Source of the DNA: Promethearchaeota archaeon
Lineage (GTDB): Archaea > Asgardarchaeota > Lokiarchaeia > Sigyniarchaeales > SOKP01
Length of the DNA: 30,025 nt
Direction of reading: 5' to 3'
Assembly: GCA_011364925.1 (NCBI GenBank)
Contig: RDOA01000046.1
Span: 1-30,025 of the forward strand
Part shown: piece after piece, positions 26,738 to 30,025 of the stretch
Layout of the letters: each line of letters opens with the position of its first letter
Numbering within the stretch: position 1 is the first letter of the stretch
Position numbers and translations under genes: made by a program
Notes under the pieces: model-generated
Databases searched by the model: none
What the model was told of the DNA's origin: nothing
Seen by the model: the letters and a program-made list of their open reading frames with translations, nothing else

Positions 26738-28066
26738 TTATGAGTCTGCTTTTTCTGCCATATAAGGTTTTAGAGCTTTAATTGCGATTGCATAAAGAGG
26801 TATTACTGATAACTCAATAAAGATTGAAATTACAAAAGGCATAGTTGGACCAATATTATCGTAAGCATATCCACCGATTATAGGACCTAAAACCGCCCCG
26901 AGTAAACCCAACCATTGCGCTGCTCCAAAAACTTTTCCTCGGTGAATTTTTGATATTCGACTAAGAACATTTTGCAATATCAAATTCCCTCCCCACGCAA
27001 AAGTAGAATCGAAGAGTAAAATAAGGCCAAACATGAACCCAGATGTGGAGTTAATAATTAACCACGTCACAAGCGCACCTGAACTGCTTACTATAGCCAT
27101 TCCTAAGATAGGATTAATCCTATCGGCAACCTTGCCTAATTTTGGTGCTATTAATTGCGAGAGAATTTGACTTGGGAAATAAATAACCATGACAATCGTT
27201 GGATTTGCAACCCCTAATTGTTCGATTAAATATACTTGAAAATACGGGTACGCTAACATTTGATTTATATTGCTTGTCATAAAAGCGAGAACTAACACTC
27301 CAAACCCAATGAAGAAACCGATTGCTAAATTAGTTCTAAGTTTTATAGGAGTATCAGAAATTACTGGTTCCTTGGAAACTACACTCGGCTCTACGGAAGA
27401 TGGAAATAAATTAAAAAGGTGTTTTTCATATGTTAATTCCTCATCTACTTTTGAACGGAAGACAAAACCTCCAAAAATGTTTGATGCAGCAAATAATAGT
27501 AGCGGACAATAAACCAAAAATATAAACTCAGGCACAAATAAATTTGCTAACCAGAATATTACAAAACTTATGATTGATCCAATAGCATTTCCCCATCCAA
27601 CCATTCCTGCACGCTTCCCAAATGCAAAGGAACGATTATCTTTATTTGATTTTTCAGATATTAAAGTATCTAAAGGTGTCCAAAAAAATCCAACGAAAAA
27701 TCCTAAAACAAACATGCCTACAATAAATAATACGAAAGAAGATATTAGAATTCCAATATACATCAGAATATAACAAGCAGCACGCCCAAAACTACCAATT
27801 AGAACTAGAAGTTTTTTTGAGATTCGGTCTGTTAAATAACCTACTATGGGTGAACTAATTAAACCACCTACCACTTGCATTGAAAAAGCGACACCTAATT
27901 CCGTTTTTGAAACTCCTAATAATTGTACTGTGACATAAGGAATTAGAAAGGAAAAGAAAAAAAATCCCATACTGTTCCAAAAAATAATCCTTATCATTGG
28001 AATAAAATCGGGAGTCGTTTTCACTTTACTTTTGTGATCTTGCTCATTAGATTTATCGTGATTCAA
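26738..28066 (-). CDS. MFS transporter
   Basis: About 12 hydrophobic segments, motif A GYLTDRISKK and GKVADRI, RGKVFG, GPIIGG. Confidence 0.92.
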   Translation of the reverse strand: MNHDKSNEQDHKSKVKTTPDFIPMIRIIFWNSMGFFFFSFLIPYVTVQLLGVSKTELGVAFSMQVVGGLISSPIVGYLTDRISKKLLVLIGSFGRAACYILMYIGILISSFVLFIVGMFVLGFFVGFFWTPLDTLISEKSNKDNRSFAFGKRAGMVGWGNAIGSIISFVIFWLANLFVPEFIFLVYCPLLLFAASNIFGGFVFRSKVDEELTYEKHLFNLFPSSVEPSVVSKEPVISDTPIKLRTNLAIGFFIGFGVLVLAFMTSNINQMLAYPYFQVYLIEQLGVANPTIVMVIYFPSQILSQLIAPKLGKVADRINPILGMAIVSSSGALVTWLIINSTSGFMFGLILLFDSTFAWGGNLILQNVLSRISKIHRGKVFGAAQWLGLLGAVLGPIIGGYAYDNIGPTMPFVISIFIELSVIPLYAIAIKALKPYMAEKADS

Positions 28067-28260
28067 CTGTTGTCTCCATTTTTTTACCAGTTATGAAACA
28101 CCATTATTATAGCTATTTTTGAAAAAGAGTCATATCCTAAATACTTCATCATTTCAACGCAACAAAAGATCTTATGGTTAAAAGGGAATACATTTTTTTT
28201 GGTTGGAATACTAATCTTATTACAATTTGATATTTTGAAAAAATAAGTGTGAAAATTCAA

Positions 28261-29262
28261 ATGTTAACACCAGAACATGTTAAAAAAATATTAGAAGATT
28301 ACACTATTAATCTAAGATTTCATGCACGCGGAGGACAAGGAGGTGTTACCGCTTCTAATCTCTGTGTAGAGGCTTTTTATGGATACGGCGTTTGTCAACC
28401 AATGTTTGGAGCAGAACGAATGGGAAGTCCTACCGAAAGTTATGTTAGACTCTCAAAAAACGCTGATCTAGTAAGATCAAACGAACAAGTATATGGACCT
28501 CATTTTGTTTCCGTTCTTGACCCCTCTTTACTAACAGAAGTAGATGTAACCGCAGGTATTCCTAAAGGCGGCTGGTTAATTGTCAATACTGAAATGGACC
28601 AACTAACAATACAAGATACAGTTAAGCGAAAAGACATCAATATTGCAACGATCGATGCAACTCGCATCGCTCTTGAAGTTTTAGGGCGAAATATTACAAA
28701 CACCATTATTCTGGGGGCATTAGTTCGAGTATCTCACCTGTTTACTTTTGAAGAACTCTCTGATGCGATAATGAAGCGATTTAAAGGAGAAGTCGCTGGT
28801 AAGAATGTACAAGCTATCAAACAAGCGATTGAAGAAACATGCATTTACGATATAGGTATTGACCCAGATTTTACTCTAGATAGTAAGGTTCCATGGCAAC
28901 AAGTAAACTTAGGATTACCGGGTTATAAAGATTTAGATAAAGCAGGGGTTTGGTATTGTGATGAAGATGCTATCCCTGTGGGAAGTGATCAAGTAAACAC
29001 AGGAAGTTGGGGTGAATGGGATGTAATATGGGATGAAGAAACTTGTACTGACTGTGCTCTATGCTGGCACATATGTCCTGATTTTGCAATAATTCGCAAT
29101 AAAGGTGAAGATGGCTTATGGCACATGGCAGGTATAGATAGTTTTCACTGTAAATCATGCTTAAATTGTTTAGAAATTTGTCCAGTTCACGCGATTGATA
29201 AAAAATTAAAACAGGGACCTGCCGCTTGTGCAGTACCTGAAGATCAAGAAGGAGGTAATTAA
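28261..29262 (+). CDS. porC: Pyruvate/ketoisovalerate:ferredoxin oxidoreductase gamma subunit fused to delta (ferredoxin)
   Basis: RFHARGGQG, FGAERMGSP, IDAT.IA, NTIILGAL, then TGSW…CTDCALCWHICPD…CKSCLNCLEICP. Start is ATG 28261 or GTG 28249. Confidence 0.88.
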   Translation: MLTPEHVKKILEDYTINLRFHARGGQGGVTASNLCVEAFYGYGVCQPMFGAERMGSPTESYVRLSKNADLVRSNEQVYGPHFVSVLDPSLLTEVDVTAGIPKGGWLIVNTEMDQLTIQDTVKRKDINIATIDATRIALEVLGRNITNTIILGALVRVSHLFTFEELSDAIMKRFKGEVAGKNVQAIKQAIEETCIYDIGIDPDFTLDSKVPWQQVNLGLPGYKDLDKAGVWYCDEDAIPVGSDQVNTGSWGEWDVIWDEETCTDCALCWHICPDFAIIRNKGEDGLWHMAGIDSFHCKSCLNCLEICPVHAIDKKLKQGPAACAVPEDQEGGN

Positions 29263-29263
29263 A

Positions 29264-30025
29264 GTGTCAATAGAACCTATGAAATTGTTTTTTAAGGAAA
29301 TTAAAGAACCTATAGAAACGACTATGATCGGTAATTACGCAGTTGCTGGGGCAGTGACTCAAACTGATCCAGATGTTATTTGTGCATTCCCAATAACTCC
29401 ACAAACTCAATCTGTTGAAGGCTTATCTGATGTTGTTAACCAAGGGAGATTGAAAGCAGCTTTTGTTAATGTCGAATCAGAATTAGCAGCTATTTCTTAC
29501 TCAACAGCAGCCTGTGCGGCAGGAGCAAGAACATTCACAGCTACGGCTTCACAAGGGTATCTTTTGATGACAGAAGCATTACCAATGGCTGTTGGATGGC
29601 GAGTTCCCTTAACAATGATGATTTCTGCAAGAGCTTATAACTCACCTAATCTATCTATATGGAATTCTTGGGAATTTACTCAAACTAACTCTGAAATGGG
29701 ATGGAATACTCTAGTTTCTGAAAATGTTCAAGAGACATATGATGCTGCCATTTTGGCTGTGATGATATCAGAAAATTCGTTATTCCCTACTATGTTTGTA
29801 CATGACGGGTTTATTATATCACATTCGGTTCAGAAATTAACCTTAATTCCTGATGAAATTGTGAGGAAACTTACACCTAAGAAACCAAGGCATACAATAA
29901 ATACAGAACGGCCTGGAACTTGGGGGGGTATTGTAACTCCTAGCTTTTTTATGGAAGGACGAAAAAACTTAGACGAAGCAAAAGAACCCGTATTAAGCAT
30001 CATGGAAGAAGCTTTTAAGGAATTT
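29264..30025 (+). CDS. porA: Pyruvate/ketoisovalerate:ferredoxin oxidoreductase alpha subunit (truncated by the window edge)
   Basis: SD GGAGGT then GTG 29264. Translation includes MIGNYAVA, AFPITPQT, VESELAA, FTATASQG, DGFIISH, and stays open to the window end. Confidence 0.9.
   Translation, partial: MSIEPMKLFFKEIKEPIETTMIGNYAVAGAVTQTDPDVICAFPITPQTQSVEGLSDVVNQGRLKAAFVNVESELAAISYSTAACAAGARTFTATASQGYLLMTEALPMAVGWRVPLTMMISARAYNSPNLSIWNSWEFTQTNSEMGWNTLVSENVQETYDAAILAVMISENSLFPTMFVHDGFIISHSVQKLTLIPDEIVRKLTPKKPRHTINTERPGTWGGIVTPSFFMEGRKNLDEAKEPVLSIMEEAFKEF

Noticed and set aside
1-30025. CRISPR arrays, tRNA/rRNA genes, transposases or integrases
   Set aside because: No regularly spaced repeats, cloverleaf or GC-rich structural RNA tracts, or recombinase motifs were seen by eye.

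Overview
AT-rich archaeal chromosomal DNA, most likely Asgard (Lokiarchaeia/Promethearchaeia-like). This is inferred from an archaeal-type LeuRS, a Rab-like small GTPase, 7TM-longin fusion proteins, a tandem wHTH-TPR protein and an HdrA-MvhD fusion. Most genes serve amino-acid, 2-oxoacid and acyl-CoA metabolism: enoyl-CoA hydratase, two thiolases, a DUF35 OB-fold protein, PatB/MalY, a LuxE-like ligase, a Kor-type and a Por-type 2-oxoacid:ferredoxin oxidoreductase, HdrA-MvhD, an ADP-forming acyl-CoA synthetase alpha subunit and an MFS transporter. No rRNA, tRNA, CRISPR array or mobile element was seen. Best new candidate: an unannotated 31-codon Leu-rich upstream ORF (2194-2289) just after a TATA box. 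It is followed by mutually exclusive hairpins and a U-tract directly ahead of leuS, the layout of a ribosome-mediated, leucine-sensing attenuator in an archaeon. Second: two tandem paralogous 7TM+longin membrane proteins beside a Rab-like GTPase. Three small ORFs missing from the ORF track were also found, two with apparent ATT/ATC starts.
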